Positions 10,978-20,571 of a DNA stretch of 64,000 nucleotides are shown here, in pieces (positions within the stretch are counted from its first letter, which is position 1; each line of letters begins with the position of its first letter). The DNA is from Polyangiales bacterium (GTDB lineage Bacteria; Myxococcota_A; Polyangia; Polyangiales; Ga0077539), in assembly GCA_044229975.1 (NCBI GenBank), contig JBGARZ010000001.1, forward strand, positions 160,001 to 224,000, read 5' to 3'. The position numbers and the translations under genes are program-made. A model generated the notes under the pieces. That model was given only the letters and a program-made list of their open reading frames with translations. It ran no database searches and was not told where the DNA came from.

Positions 10978-11166
10978 GGAGCGCCCACCCACGTCGACCC
11001 AACGCGCCTCACCGTCGCGCAGCGACGGGGCACCGGCCTACGTCCCGGCGATCGCTGCCGACCGAGACTCGTTCGAAGAGGGGACCGAGGGTTCCGGTCG
11101 ACCTGAGTGGGTGCCGCGTCGCTGCGCGACGGTGAGGCATGCTGGGTCGACGTCACTGGGCGCTCC
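10978..11166. repeat. Imperfect 57-bp inverted repeat (50/57 matches), long hairpin downstream of recD2
   Basis: 10978-11034 ggagcgccca...gcctcaccgtcgcgcagcgacggggcacc versus 11110-11166. Confidence 0.75.
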
Positions 11167-11179
11167 TGCGACTGCCAGG

Positions 11180-13393
11180 CTATGGGGCGAGCGCGGCCCG
11201 GAGGCGGTGGAGCAGCGCCCCGTGGCGCTCGACGACCCGGCGGGTGCTGACGGCCATCTCCAGCGCCTTCTTGCTCCCGACGATGACCACGAGGCGGCGC
11301 GCGCGGGTGATGGCCGTGTAGAGCAGCGCCCGGTTGAGCAGCACGAAGTGCGAGGTGTGCAGCCCCAGCACGACGGCGTCGTACTCGGACCCCTGCACCT
11401 TGTGCACGGTGGTCGCGTAGGCGAGCGCGAGGCTGTCGACGGCGTCGTCGGCGTAGCGCACCTCCCGGCCGTCGATGCGGACGGTGACGGTCTTCTCGTC
11501 GATGCTCTCGATGAGGCCGACGTCGCCGTTGGAGACGTCGAGGTCGTAGTCGTTGCGGAGCTGCATCACCTTGTCGCCCACCGAGAAGCCGCGCCGACCG
11601 CGCACGGCCTGTGGGTTGAGCGCGGCCTGCAACGCCTCGTTGAGCTTCTGCGCCCCGATGGGTCCGCGGTGCGTCGGAACGATCACCTGCACCGACCGCA
11701 TCGGGTCGAGACCGAACGACCGCGGGATGTGCTTCGCCACCGTCTCCACCAGCACGCGCGCGGCCTCCTCGCCGTCGTCGCGGTAGACGATGAAGAGTTC
11801 ACCCGCCGGGCCCCGCGGGGCGTCGCCCTCCGCCGTCTGTCCGCGCGGCGCGGAGCTCTTCGGAACCTCCCCCCGCAGCACCTCGTACGCCCCCCGAACG
11901 ATCGCGCTCTCGGCCGCCTGACGAAACACCTCCGTCAGCCGCACCGCCGTCACTTCAGGCACCTTGAGCAGGTCGGCCAGCACCGTGCCCGGTCCCACCG
12001 GCGGGAGCTGATCGGCGTCGCCCACGAGCACCAGCCGCGCACCCGAGCGCAGCGCGTTGACGAGGTGCGACGCGAGCTGAACGTCGACCATCGACGCCTC
12101 GTCGACGAGCACGAGGTCGGCGTCGAGCGGTGAGCTGCGGTCGCGGGCGAAGCGCTGGATGCGCGGCGACCAGTCGAGCAGCCGATGGATCGTCGATGCC
12201 GGGTGGTGAGTCGCCTCCGACAAGCGACGCGCGGCGCGCCCCGTCGGCGCGGCGAGCAGCACCTTGTGCCCCGCCGCTTGATGCAAGCGAACGAGCGCCA
12301 GCACCGTCGTCGTCTTGCCGGTGCCGGGTCCGCCGGTGAGCACCAGAACGCCCGCCGTCATGCTCGCCTCGACGGCCGAGCGCTGCTTCGCGTTGAGCTG
12401 GTCGAGGGCCGCGCGCACCTCGGGCACCGCGAGAGCCTCGCGGCGCACGGGCTTGAGCGGACGGGTGATCTGCGCGGCGAGGTCGCGGGCGAGGCGCACC
12501 TCGGCGTCGTAGAGCGGCGGCGGATAGATGAGGTCGAGGTCGCGGATGACCGTGCGCCGCAGCGCGAGCTCGGCGAGGGCGGTGTGCACCGACGGCTGCG
12601 GGATGGAGAAGCGATCGGCCAGCACAGCGAGCTCGTCGGGCGGCAGCGCGGTGTGCCCGTCGTCGATCGCTTCGAGCAGTAGAAACAGCGTGGCCCCCGC
12701 GATGCGACGCGGGTCGTCGGCCTGGACGCCCTGGGCCCGCGCGATGGCGTCGGCGGTGAGAAAGCCGATGCCCTTCACCTCTTCGGCGAGGCGGTAGGGG
12801 TTCTCCCGCACGATGGTGGAGGACTCGACGCCGAAGCGTTCCCAGATGCGTCGCGCGAGGCCGGGGCCGACATTGAGCCCGGCGAGGAAGCTCCGCGTCT
12901 CGACCTCCGCGCGCCGCACGCGAAACACCTCCTGGATGCGCTGCGCCCGACGCGCGCCGATGCCCTCGACCTCGCCCAGTCGCTCGGGGTGGTCGGCGAT
13001 GACGTCGAGCGTGGACGCCCCGAAGCGCTCGACGATGCGGTGCGCGAGCTTCGGCCCGATGTCCTTCACGAAGCCCGACCCCAGCAGCCGAGCGATGCCT
13101 TCGGCGCTCGTGGGCATCTCGGGGATCCACGTCTCCACCTTCAACTGCGGGCCGTGCGAGGCGTGGCGCTCCCAGCGCCCGGTGACGCGCATCGACTCGC
13201 CCGGCGACACGTCCCCGAGGGCGCCGGTGATCACCACGTCCTCGCCGTGCGGCATGGTCAGCCGCAGCACCGAGTAGCGCTTGTCGTCGGTGCGGTAGAC
13301 CACGCCCTTCACCGTCCCGCGAACCGTCACCACGCCATCCGGCAGGAGCTGGGTGTTGGGGAGGAGCGGGTTGTCGTTCATGCGCGCGGTCAT
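11180..13393 (-). CDS. recD2: ATP-dependent RecD-like DNA helicase (RecD2)
   Basis: N-terminal OB and HhH regions (KDIGPKLA, VEGIG), ENPYRLA; Walker A GGPGTGKTT; APTGRAA; LVDEASM; GDADQLPPVGPG; TVHKVQGSE. Confidence 0.93.
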   Translation of the reverse strand: MTARMNDNPLLPNTQLLPDGVVTVRGTVKGVVYRTDDKRYSVLRLTMPHGEDVVITGALGDVSPGESMRVTGRWERHASHGPQLKVETWIPEMPTSAEGIARLLGSGFVKDIGPKLAHRIVERFGASTLDVIADHPERLGEVEGIGARRAQRIQEVFRVRRAEVETRSFLAGLNVGPGLARRIWERFGVESSTIVRENPYRLAEEVKGIGFLTADAIARAQGVQADDPRRIAGATLFLLLEAIDDGHTALPPDELAVLADRFSIPQPSVHTALAELALRRTVIRDLDLIYPPPLYDAEVRLARDLAAQITRPLKPVRREALAVPEVRAALDQLNAKQRSAVEASMTAGVLVLTGGPGTGKTTTVLALVRLHQAAGHKVLLAAPTGRAARRLSEATHHPASTIHRLLDWSPRIQRFARDRSSPLDADLVLVDEASMVDVQLASHLVNALRSGARLVLVGDADQLPPVGPGTVLADLLKVPEVTAVRLTEVFRQAAESAIVRGAYEVLRGEVPKSSAPRGQTAEGDAPRGPAGELFIVYRDDGEEAARVLVETVAKHIPRSFGLDPMRSVQVIVPTHRGPIGAQKLNEALQAALNPQAVRGRRGFSVGDKVMQLRNDYDLDVSNGDVGLIESIDEKTVTVRIDGREVRYADDAVDSLALAYATTVHKVQGSEYDAVVLGLHTSHFVLLNRALLYTAITRARRLVVIVGSKKALEMAVSTRRVVERHGALLHRLRAALAP

Positions 13394-13519
13394 GACGGGA
13401 CTTCGCCGTGATTGTTGCCACATCCCGGCCCGCCGCGGGGATCATCGTGGTCATACGCTGTCCGGTATGGCGGCCGGGCTTGTGCCGACCCGACGCGAGG
13501 GCGTAGTGGAAGCGCCACC

Positions 13520-14278
13520 GTGCACGCGTCACCCTGGCTCCCGCTGCTCCTCGTCGCCACCGCCCACTGCCTCGCGGGCTGCGACGACGGCACGACCCCA
13601 ATCCCCATCGACGACGCCGGCGCGCTCGATGTCGGCACCGCGATGGACGTCGCGACCGTCGACCAGGGCCCGCCGGTGCTCGACAGCGGGTGCCCGACCC
13701 CGCAGCGCATCACTCCCTCGGAGGTCCCGTCGAGCGGCTTCCTGCCGTCGGTGAACGTTCGCTACATCCGCACGGTCGACGGTGATACGGCGCACTTCAG
13801 CTTCCCCATCCTCGGCGAGACCACGGTGCGCTTCCTCTGGGTCAATACCGAGGAGTCACACGCGGTTCCCGCCTCGAAGAACACCGCCTTCGGCATCGCC
13901 ACCGCCGCCACCGTGACGCGGTACTTCTCCGGCGAGCACACCTTCAGCGTGACCCGACAGGCCGACGCGCGGATGCCGACCAACCCCGCGCTCGACCCCT
14001 ACAACCGCTCGCTCGCTCTCGTCTTCATGGACGGTGAGCTCTTCCAGCAGCGGCTCGTTCGCGAGGGGCTCAGCGCCTACTACACCGACTTCGGCTGCGC
14101 GCCGGAGCCCATCCACAGCGCGCTGCTCAACGCCGAGGCCGAGGCCCGCGCCAACCGCCGCGGCATCTGGGCGCCGGGCCACCCCACCGACTACGCCGAG
14201 GTCTTCTCCCGCTGGATCGGCACCGGCACCCGCGCCTGCCGCCCCAACCCCTTCCGCAACCAGCCCTACTGCCGCTGA
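13520..14278 (+). CDS. Thermonuclease (SNase-like) lipoprotein
   Basis: Lipobox LAGC; TVDGDT, VRFLWVNTEE, DPYNRSLA, LVREGL, AEAEARANRRGIW. Confidence 0.85.
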   Translation: MHASPWLPLLLVATAHCLAGCDDGTTPIPIDDAGALDVGTAMDVATVDQGPPVLDSGCPTPQRITPSEVPSSGFLPSVNVRYIRTVDGDTAHFSFPILGETTVRFLWVNTEESHAVPASKNTAFGIATAATVTRYFSGEHTFSVTRQADARMPTNPALDPYNRSLALVFMDGELFQQRLVREGLSAYYTDFGCAPEPIHSALLNAEAEARANRRGIWAPGHPTDYAEVFSRWIGTGTRACRPNPFRNQPYCR

Positions 14279-14281
14279 TCG

Positions 14282-15883
14282 CTACCGGGCGTTGACCCCA
14301 CCCGGCGACGATCGTCCGTCGCGCGCAAACACCCACGACGCCGGGTCTTCCTCGTCGAGTTCCACATCGGCGCGCACGGCGCTCACGCCCTCGCGCGGTA
14401 GCAGCTCTGTCGCCGACCCCGGGTAGCGGCTCACCACCACGCCCGTGGCCGTCAGCAGCGTGAGGTCGGCCCCGGTGTCGCGCAGCCCACGGCCCGCAAG
14501 ACTCCCGCGCACCACGATCACCTGCGCTCCCGCCTGCACCGCCGGGTCGTCCGACCGCTCGACACCCCTCGGATCGAAGGTCGCGCCGACGAGCACCGCC
14601 CTCCCCCGCCCCGCGATGCGCGCGCCCGTCGGCAGCGTCGATCGGGCACCGCCTCCGTCGAGCACCCAACCCTCCAGCGACACCGCCGCCTCGTCGTCGT
14701 TGATGAGCTCCACGAACTCCTGTGCGCTCGAACTGTGCGGCCGCGCCAGCACCTCGTCGACGCGCACCCGCGGGGCGGCGTCCATGGTCGTCACGGTTCC
14801 TTCGCGGGCGTCGCGCATGCGCCCGGCGACGTCCCACGCCTCCAACCGCCATCGCAGCTCGCTCGCGCTGGGCAGGCCCGTCACCCGCAGTTGGTGCGTC
14901 GTACCGAGTGCTCCGACCGATGCCCAACGCCACCGACCGTCGGTCACCGCCAGGCGCACGATGGCGTGGGCCGTCGTCGCCGCGCGCATCACCACCGCGC
15001 GATCGCTGCGCTCCAGGCACGCGCCTGCTGCGGCGATCTCACCCGTCGCGCACACGACGCCATCGACGAGAGACACCGCCGTCCTCTGCGGCGGCCCCGC
15101 GATCAGCCGCCACGGAACCTCCTCCGCCGCCGTTGCCGTTCGCGACACGACGCCCGTCACGCGCCACGCGTAGGTCACTCCCGCGTGCAGCGGTCGCATC
15201 GGCGTCACCCGCAGCACCCGCGCGAGCCCATCGGCGGTCACGGCGTCGGCCTCCGTGCGCGTGGTCACGACGGTGCGGTCGTCACCGACGAGCGTGACGG
15301 CGTCGGCGCGCAGCACGCGCACGGGGCGATCGGCGCGCAGCCAGAGCGTCGCGACGTCGGTGTCGAGGGGTGCATCGGTGATGGCAGGCGTGAGCACGGG
15401 CCCAGCCTCGGCGGCGTCGATGACCCGCATGGCGACGCCCATTCCCTGGAGTCCGCCGTCCGCGTCTTCGATGAGGGGTCGACCCTGGGCGGAGCGGGTT
15501 CGCTCACTGAAAACGAGCGTGAGTGGAGTGGACGGCGGGAGCACCTCGGCGGCGCTGAGGGTCCATCGCGAGGGCTGCGCGGGGTCGGGGAGAACCCGCA
15601 AGGACACGCGGTTGGCGAGGCGCCCGAGGGAGACCACACCGTCACGCGCGTCGGCCACGAGCGCGGTCGAAGTGGGCTCGCGGAAGAGCATCACGGAGGA
15701 GGGTTCGGGCGGCGCCATGGCGCGGTCGAACTGGAGGGTGATGGCAGGGACGCGCGGGACGGCGTCGAGGGAGCCGGCGTTGGCGCGGAGGCTGGTGATC
15801 TGTGGGGGGTTGGTGTTGGCCGGGGGTTCGAGGTCGAGGCACCCGACGGAGGCGAGGAGGAGGAGAGCTTTGGGTCGCAACAT
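14282..15883 (-). CDS. Lipoprotein with Ig-like domains and C-terminal lamin-tail domain
   Basis: Lipobox SVGC; ITLQFDRAM; C-terminal VRVDEVLARP...QEFVELIN...VSLEGWVL...GLRDTG...SSPGGVN. Confidence 0.75.
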   Translation of the reverse strand: MLRPKALLLLASVGCLDLEPPANTNPPQITSLRANAGSLDAVPRVPAITLQFDRAMAPPEPSSVMLFREPTSTALVADARDGVVSLGRLANRVSLRVLPDPAQPSRWTLSAAEVLPPSTPLTLVFSERTRSAQGRPLIEDADGGLQGMGVAMRVIDAAEAGPVLTPAITDAPLDTDVATLWLRADRPVRVLRADAVTLVGDDRTVVTTRTEADAVTADGLARVLRVTPMRPLHAGVTYAWRVTGVVSRTATAAEEVPWRLIAGPPQRTAVSLVDGVVCATGEIAAAGACLERSDRAVVMRAATTAHAIVRLAVTDGRWRWASVGALGTTHQLRVTGLPSASELRWRLEAWDVAGRMRDAREGTVTTMDAAPRVRVDEVLARPHSSSAQEFVELINDDEAAVSLEGWVLDGGGARSTLPTGARIAGRGRAVLVGATFDPRGVERSDDPAVQAGAQVIVVRGSLAGRGLRDTGADLTLLTATGVVVSRYPGSATELLPREGVSAVRADVELDEEDPASWVFARDGRSSPGGVNAR

Positions 15884-15917
15884 GGGCGCTTGTCGGCGCC
15901 CGTGAGGGAGAGGTTTC

Positions 15918-16880
15918 CTACCAGTTCCAACTCGGCGGAAGGTGGATGTTTCCGGGGAGGCCGCGGGTCTGGAGGAGGGCCGCGAGGTCCATGGAGACCG
16001 CGACCGTGACGTGGATGAGGAAGCCCGACCAGATGGAGCGGGTCTTGAGCGCGAGGGTGCCGAGCACCACGCCCGCGAGGATGGCCGCGAGCGCCTCGGC
16101 CCAGGGCTTACCGAAGTGGATCATGCAGTACGGCACCACCATCGCGACGACGACGGAGGAGCCCATGGCCTCGCGCCCGGCCGACACCATGAAGCCGCGG
16201 AAGAAGAACTCCAGCGTGAAGAACTGCGTCGCGTAGAGCAGCTCCCACAGGAAGAAGTCCTTCCACGAGCGGTTGGCCAGCCGATAGAACGGGTAGTAGT
16301 TCGAGAACTCGCCGGTCTGCGAGACGATGACCACCGCGACCAGGACGATGCCGAAGAAGAGCGCGTAGATCCACGCGTGCGAGAGGAAGCCGCGGAGCCT
16401 CAGCCCGTAGTCGCGGAAGCGCTCGCGCCGCCAGAACATCAAGATGATCGCGGGCACGATGAAGTACCCGAGCGAGCGGGTGAACGACCAGTACGTGAGC
16501 CCGGCGAGCTCTTCGTAGCGCGTGGAGACGGCCCACCGCAGCGGCTTGAGAATCTGGAGGTGATGCGTCGCCGGGCCGCGCGGGCCGCCGCCCCAGTCGA
16601 TGACGAAGCCGCGGGTCTGGAGCGTGACGAGGGTCGCGCGGTCGCCGAAGTACTCCTGGAAGGTGAGCACCACGGCGGCCACGAGGTAGGCCACCCACGG
16701 GCGGGCGTCGATGCCGAGACCGTCGGCCTCGCGCTGGGCGCGAGCGGCGTTGGCGGCGCGATCGACCTCGCGCCACGTCTCCAGGAAGAAGCGCTTGGGG
16801 TGCAGCTCATGGAGCTTCTTGCGCGCGAGCACCGCGACGATGACGACGTACGCGAGGGCGCCGAGGAGGAGGACCTTCAC
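15918..16880 (-). CDS. CPBP (CAAX/Abi) family intramembrane glutamic protease
   Basis: Multiple TM helices; LEFFFRG, HFGKP, TRSIWSGFLIH; GTG start 13 bp after the gltX stop. Confidence 0.85.
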   Translation of the reverse strand: MKVLLLGALAYVVIVAVLARKKLHELHPKRFFLETWREVDRAANAARAQREADGLGIDARPWVAYLVAAVVLTFQEYFGDRATLVTLQTRGFVIDWGGGPRGPATHHLQILKPLRWAVSTRYEELAGLTYWSFTRSLGYFIVPAIILMFWRRERFRDYGLRLRGFLSHAWIYALFFGIVLVAVVIVSQTGEFSNYYPFYRLANRSWKDFFLWELLYATQFFTLEFFFRGFMVSAGREAMGSSVVVAMVVPYCMIHFGKPWAEALAAILAGVVLGTLALKTRSIWSGFLIHVTVAVSMDLAALLQTRGLPGNIHLPPSWNW

Positions 16881-16893
16881 GGGGTGTGGTGAC

Positions 16894-18336
16894 TCACAGG
16901 GCCGCGGCAGAGCGCAGACGACGAACGCTGACGTCGCGACCGAGCACGGCCATGACCTCGAAGAGACCCGGCGACGCGGTGCGCCCGGTGAGGGCGACGC
17001 GCGCGGGCTGGGCGACGGTCTTGATCTCAAGCGAGCGCGACGCGAGCCACGCCTCGACCGCCGCGGTGATACCCGCCTCGGTAAAGTCGGGCACCGCCTC
17101 GATCACGTCGGCGATGTCGCGCAGGTGCCCGCGGGCCTCGTCGGTGATGAACTTCGCCACCGCCGCCGGGTCGAGCGCGATGGTCTCCTGGAAGTAGAAG
17201 GCCATGCCCTCGGCCGCATCGAGCAGACGCGCCGAGCGGGTCTTGAGCGTGCGCGCCGCGGGCACGAGCCGCGGGTCGTCGGCCGCGACGGTGACGCCGA
17301 CGCGCGCGAGGAAGGGGTGCACCGCCGCCGCGAAGGACTCGTCGGACATGAGCTTGAGGTGCTCGCCGCTGATCCAGAGGGCCTTCTTGATGTTGAAGCG
17401 GCCGTCGACGGAGCCGCACTGCGCCCAGTCGAACTTCTCGATGAGCTCGGCGCGGGTGAAAATCTCTTGATCGCCCGATGACCAGCCGAAGCGCGCGACG
17501 AGGTTGAGCACCGCGTCGGGCAGCCAACCCTTCTCGCGGTAGCGCTCCACGGGCACATCGATGCCCTGCTCGTCGCCGAGCCGCTTGGACATCTTCTTCC
17601 CGTCGGGGATGAGCATCATCGGCATGTGCGCGAACTCGGGCAGCGCCGCGCCCAGCGCCTCGTACACGACGATCTGCTTGGGCGTGTTGATGATGTGGTC
17701 GCTGCCACGCGCCACGAGGTTGATGCCCATGGCGATGTCGTCGACCACCGCGCCGAAGTTGTAGAGCGGCACGCCGTCCGAGCGCAGCAGGACGAAGTCG
17801 TCGATGGTGCTGTTCTGCGTCTTGATGGACCCGTAGACCTTGTCGACGAACTCGGTCGTGCCCCGCAGCGGCGTCTTCACGCGGATGACGTACGGCGCGC
17901 CAGGGATCCAGTCGGCCTCGGTCTTGTCGCGCCAGAGGCGCGGGTACATGAAGCCCTTGCGGTCCTTCTCGGGGGTGGCCGCGCGCAGCGCCTCGATCTC
18001 CTCGGGCGTCGCATAGCAGCGGTACGCCTTGCCCTCGCTGACGAGGCGATCGGCCTCGCGCTTGTAGAGGTCGAGCCGCTGCATCTGGAAGTACGGCCCG
18101 TGGGGGCCGCCGACCTCCGGGCCCTCGTCCCAGTCGAGTCCCAGCCAGCGCATCGAGTCGAGGATGATACGGGTCGACTCGTCGGTGGAGCGCGCCTGGT
18201 CGGTGTCCTCGATGCGCAGCACGAAGGTGCCGCCCATCTTGCGGGCCCAAAGCCAGTTGAAGAGCGCCGTGCGGGCGCCACCGATGTGGAGGTAGCCCGT
18301 GGGCGAAGGCGCAAAACGAACGCGTGGCTTGTCCAT
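16894..18336 (-). CDS. gltX: Glutamate--tRNA ligase
   Basis: RFAPSPTGYLHIGG, RIEDTD, YNFGAVVDD, RGSDH, KMSKR, anticodon domain RVALTG..SPGL. Confidence 0.95.
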   Translation of the reverse strand: MDKPRVRFAPSPTGYLHIGGARTALFNWLWARKMGGTFVLRIEDTDQARSTDESTRIILDSMRWLGLDWDEGPEVGGPHGPYFQMQRLDLYKREADRLVSEGKAYRCYATPEEIEALRAATPEKDRKGFMYPRLWRDKTEADWIPGAPYVIRVKTPLRGTTEFVDKVYGSIKTQNSTIDDFVLLRSDGVPLYNFGAVVDDIAMGINLVARGSDHIINTPKQIVVYEALGAALPEFAHMPMMLIPDGKKMSKRLGDEQGIDVPVERYREKGWLPDAVLNLVARFGWSSGDQEIFTRAELIEKFDWAQCGSVDGRFNIKKALWISGEHLKLMSDESFAAAVHPFLARVGVTVAADDPRLVPAARTLKTRSARLLDAAEGMAFYFQETIALDPAAVAKFITDEARGHLRDIADVIEAVPDFTEAGITAAVEAWLASRSLEIKTVAQPARVALTGRTASPGLFEVMAVLGRDVSVRRLRSAAAL

Positions 18337-18503
18337 GACGAAGGGTTCGTCAGGTACCGGGAGGCGCCCGCAGGGTCAAGCCGTCACGGCCGACCGGAGG
18401 TCTCGGATGGGCGCGCCGCGCGATCACACGTCGATCTCACAGCCGCACCTCAGGGCTTCCCCGCGGCGGCGAATCGGGGACACACTCGGCCCCGCCAACG
18501 CCC

Positions 18504-19550
18504 ATGGGGAACGATCCGTCACGCCCGCTCCGCCTGCACTCCGCTCGCTCCGTCGTGGCCGTCGCGGTGCTCGCGTTCGCCGGTCCCGCGCGCGCGCAGC
18601 TCGGCACCGACGCGGCCCGCCGCGCGCTGATCGAGGCCGCGAGGGGCGCCTCGCGCGATGGAGACCATGCCCGAGCGATCGAGCTGGCGACGCGGGCTGC
18701 CGCCATCCACACCACGCCGTCGCTCCGGTACTTCCTCGCGCGCGAGCACCTGAGCGTCGGGCACGCTGTCGAGGCGCTCGCGCTCGCCGGGGAGTGCGTC
18801 GCGAGGGCGCGCGACGACGCCGAGGTCCCGTCCCGCGAGGCGCTCCTCACCCGCTGCGAGGCGGTCGCGAGCGAGGCCGAGCAGGGCGTGGCGCGGCTCA
18901 CCGTGCGCGTCCCGTCGCCCGCGCCCGAGGGGTTGCGCGTCACCGTCGCGGGCGAGGCCCTCTCGGCGTCGCTCCTCGACGTGGCCGTCCCCGTCGCCCC
19001 GGGCTCGGTGGAGGTCATCGCGACCGCTCCGGGCAGGGTCGCCGCCCGCGCCACCGTCACGCTGGTCGCGGGCGCGCGCGATGCGGTCACGCTCGACCTT
19101 CCTCTCGAACCGCCACCGGCGGTCGCGCCGCCTCCGCCGCCTGCGCCAGTCGTCGTGCTCCCCGCGGTCGTCCCGCCTCCGCCCATGGCGCGTCCCGCTG
19201 CGCCGCCCACCGCCCGCCGGTCGCGCGTCGCGCCGTCGACGGCTGGCCCCTGGGTCGTCGGGGGCCTCGGGCTCGCGACTCTCGCGGCGGCGGGAGTGCT
19301 CGGCGGCATCGCGCTCGGCGCGCAGGCCGACCGCGACGCGGCGTGCCCGTCTCAGACAGACTGCGACCCGGTCGCCGCTAGCGAACACCACGCCCGGTAC
19401 AGGGACATGGCCCTTGGGGCCAACGTCGCGTTCGGCGTCGGCGCGGCGCTCGTCGTCGCGGGGGTCGGCTGGTGGGTGGGCGTCCACTTCGCGCGCCGCC
19501 GCCCCGCGCCGGTCTCGGCCTCCGCGGCGGGGCTCGTCCTGCGCTGGTGA
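18504..19550 (+). CDS. Secreted TPR + PEGA-like protein with C-terminal hydrophobic helices (myxobacterial type)
   Basis: Signal peptide ending ARA; TPR-like helices; beta domain VPVAPGSVEVIATAPG; Pro linker; two hydrophobic segments. Confidence 0.7.
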   Translation: MGNDPSRPLRLHSARSVVAVAVLAFAGPARAQLGTDAARRALIEAARGASRDGDHARAIELATRAAAIHTTPSLRYFLAREHLSVGHAVEALALAGECVARARDDAEVPSREALLTRCEAVASEAEQGVARLTVRVPSPAPEGLRVTVAGEALSASLLDVAVPVAPGSVEVIATAPGRVAARATVTLVAGARDAVTLDLPLEPPPAVAPPPPPAPVVVLPAVVPPPPMARPAAPPTARRSRVAPSTAGPWVVGGLGLATLAAAGVLGGIALGAQADRDAACPSQTDCDPVAASEHHARYRDMALGANVAFGVGAALVVAGVGWWVGVHFARRRPAPVSASAAGLVLRW

Positions 19551-19560
19551 GGCTCAGTCT

Positions 19561-20544
19561 CTAGTCGTCGGGCGGCGGGGCGCTCTGGACGTCGGCGCTC
19601 CCGTTCGAGGCGAGCTTCACCCGCAGCCCGCCACCGGTGCGGTCGAAGAACACGACCCGGTCGAGCCCGGCCTCGGCGAAGTCCTTCCGGATGCGCCAGA
19701 GCAGCGTGTTGATGTCGGTGCGCCCGGCGAGGCGCTTCGGCCACAGCCGCTCGGCGAGCACCTCGTCGGGGATCAGGTCGCCGACAGCAAACGGCGCGGG
19801 CGGACGCAGCAGGCAGGCGACGAGCTCGGCCCGCTTCTCGGCGAGGTACACCTTGCGCTCGCGGGCGCCCACCCGAAGCACCAGCCGCCCGCCGCGCGGC
19901 AGGAACGCCAACACCGCCGAGGTGACCAGCTCATCCACGACCGGCGAGTTCGTCGGCTTCGAGGGGTCACCGGGGAGCGCGAGGATGCGCAGCCAGGCGC
20001 CGCCGCACGCGATGCGATCGCCGCCCGAGAGGTCGATCATCTCGCCCGCCACGAGCGGCCGGTCGGTGCTCACGCCGTCGGCGAGCACCTCCAGCACGAG
20101 GCGCTCGCCGACCGCCTCCAGCGCCACGACGCCCGGCGTCCACTCCGGCACCACGAGGTCGTCGTCGGCGCCGCCACCGAGCACGAGCCGGGCGTTCGAG
20201 ACGCGCACCAGCACGCCCGCGCTCCGCTCGACGAACCAGTGGGTGTCGGGCTCGGCGCGCGAGCCAGTCCGCCGCAGCTCGAAGGCGTGGCCCGCCACCT
20301 CCAGGCGGTCGCCCTCCTGCATCCGCACGGCGCCCTCGCGCGGCGCGCCGTTGACGTGCACCGAGCGCGCGCCGAGAGTCACCACCTCGACGCCGCCCTC
20401 GACCACGCGGACGAGGGCATGGTGGCGGCTCACCCGCTCGTCGCGCAGGACGACGTCACAGTCGATGCTGCGCCCCAACAACACGCTCCCCGCGTCGAGG
20501 GGGATGCGGGTGCCGGCGGACTCGATCCAGTAGCGCTCTCTCAT
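19561..20544 (-). CDS. FHA-domain protein with C-terminal winged-helix (OmpR/PhoB-like) DNA-binding domain
   Basis: FHA LGRSIDCDVVL...VSRHHA; second degenerate FHA-like region; C-terminal LAERLWP...INTLLWRIRKDF. Confidence 0.75.
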   Translation of the reverse strand: MRERYWIESAGTRIPLDAGSVLLGRSIDCDVVLRDERVSRHHALVRVVEGGVEVVTLGARSVHVNGAPREGAVRMQEGDRLEVAGHAFELRRTGSRAEPDTHWFVERSAGVLVRVSNARLVLGGGADDDLVVPEWTPGVVALEAVGERLVLEVLADGVSTDRPLVAGEMIDLSGGDRIACGGAWLRILALPGDPSKPTNSPVVDELVTSAVLAFLPRGGRLVLRVGARERKVYLAEKRAELVACLLRPPAPFAVGDLIPDEVLAERLWPKRLAGRTDINTLLWRIRKDFAEAGLDRVVFFDRTGGGLRVKLASNGSADVQSAPPPDD

Positions 20545-20571
20545 CGGGCACTCGGGGTCATGCGGCGTCCC

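Noticed and set aside
15918..16880. CPBP protease as a myxosortase or abortive-infection gene
   Set aside because: Only family-level motifs visible; no MYXO-CTERM substrate recognised in the window; housekeeping context next to gltX.
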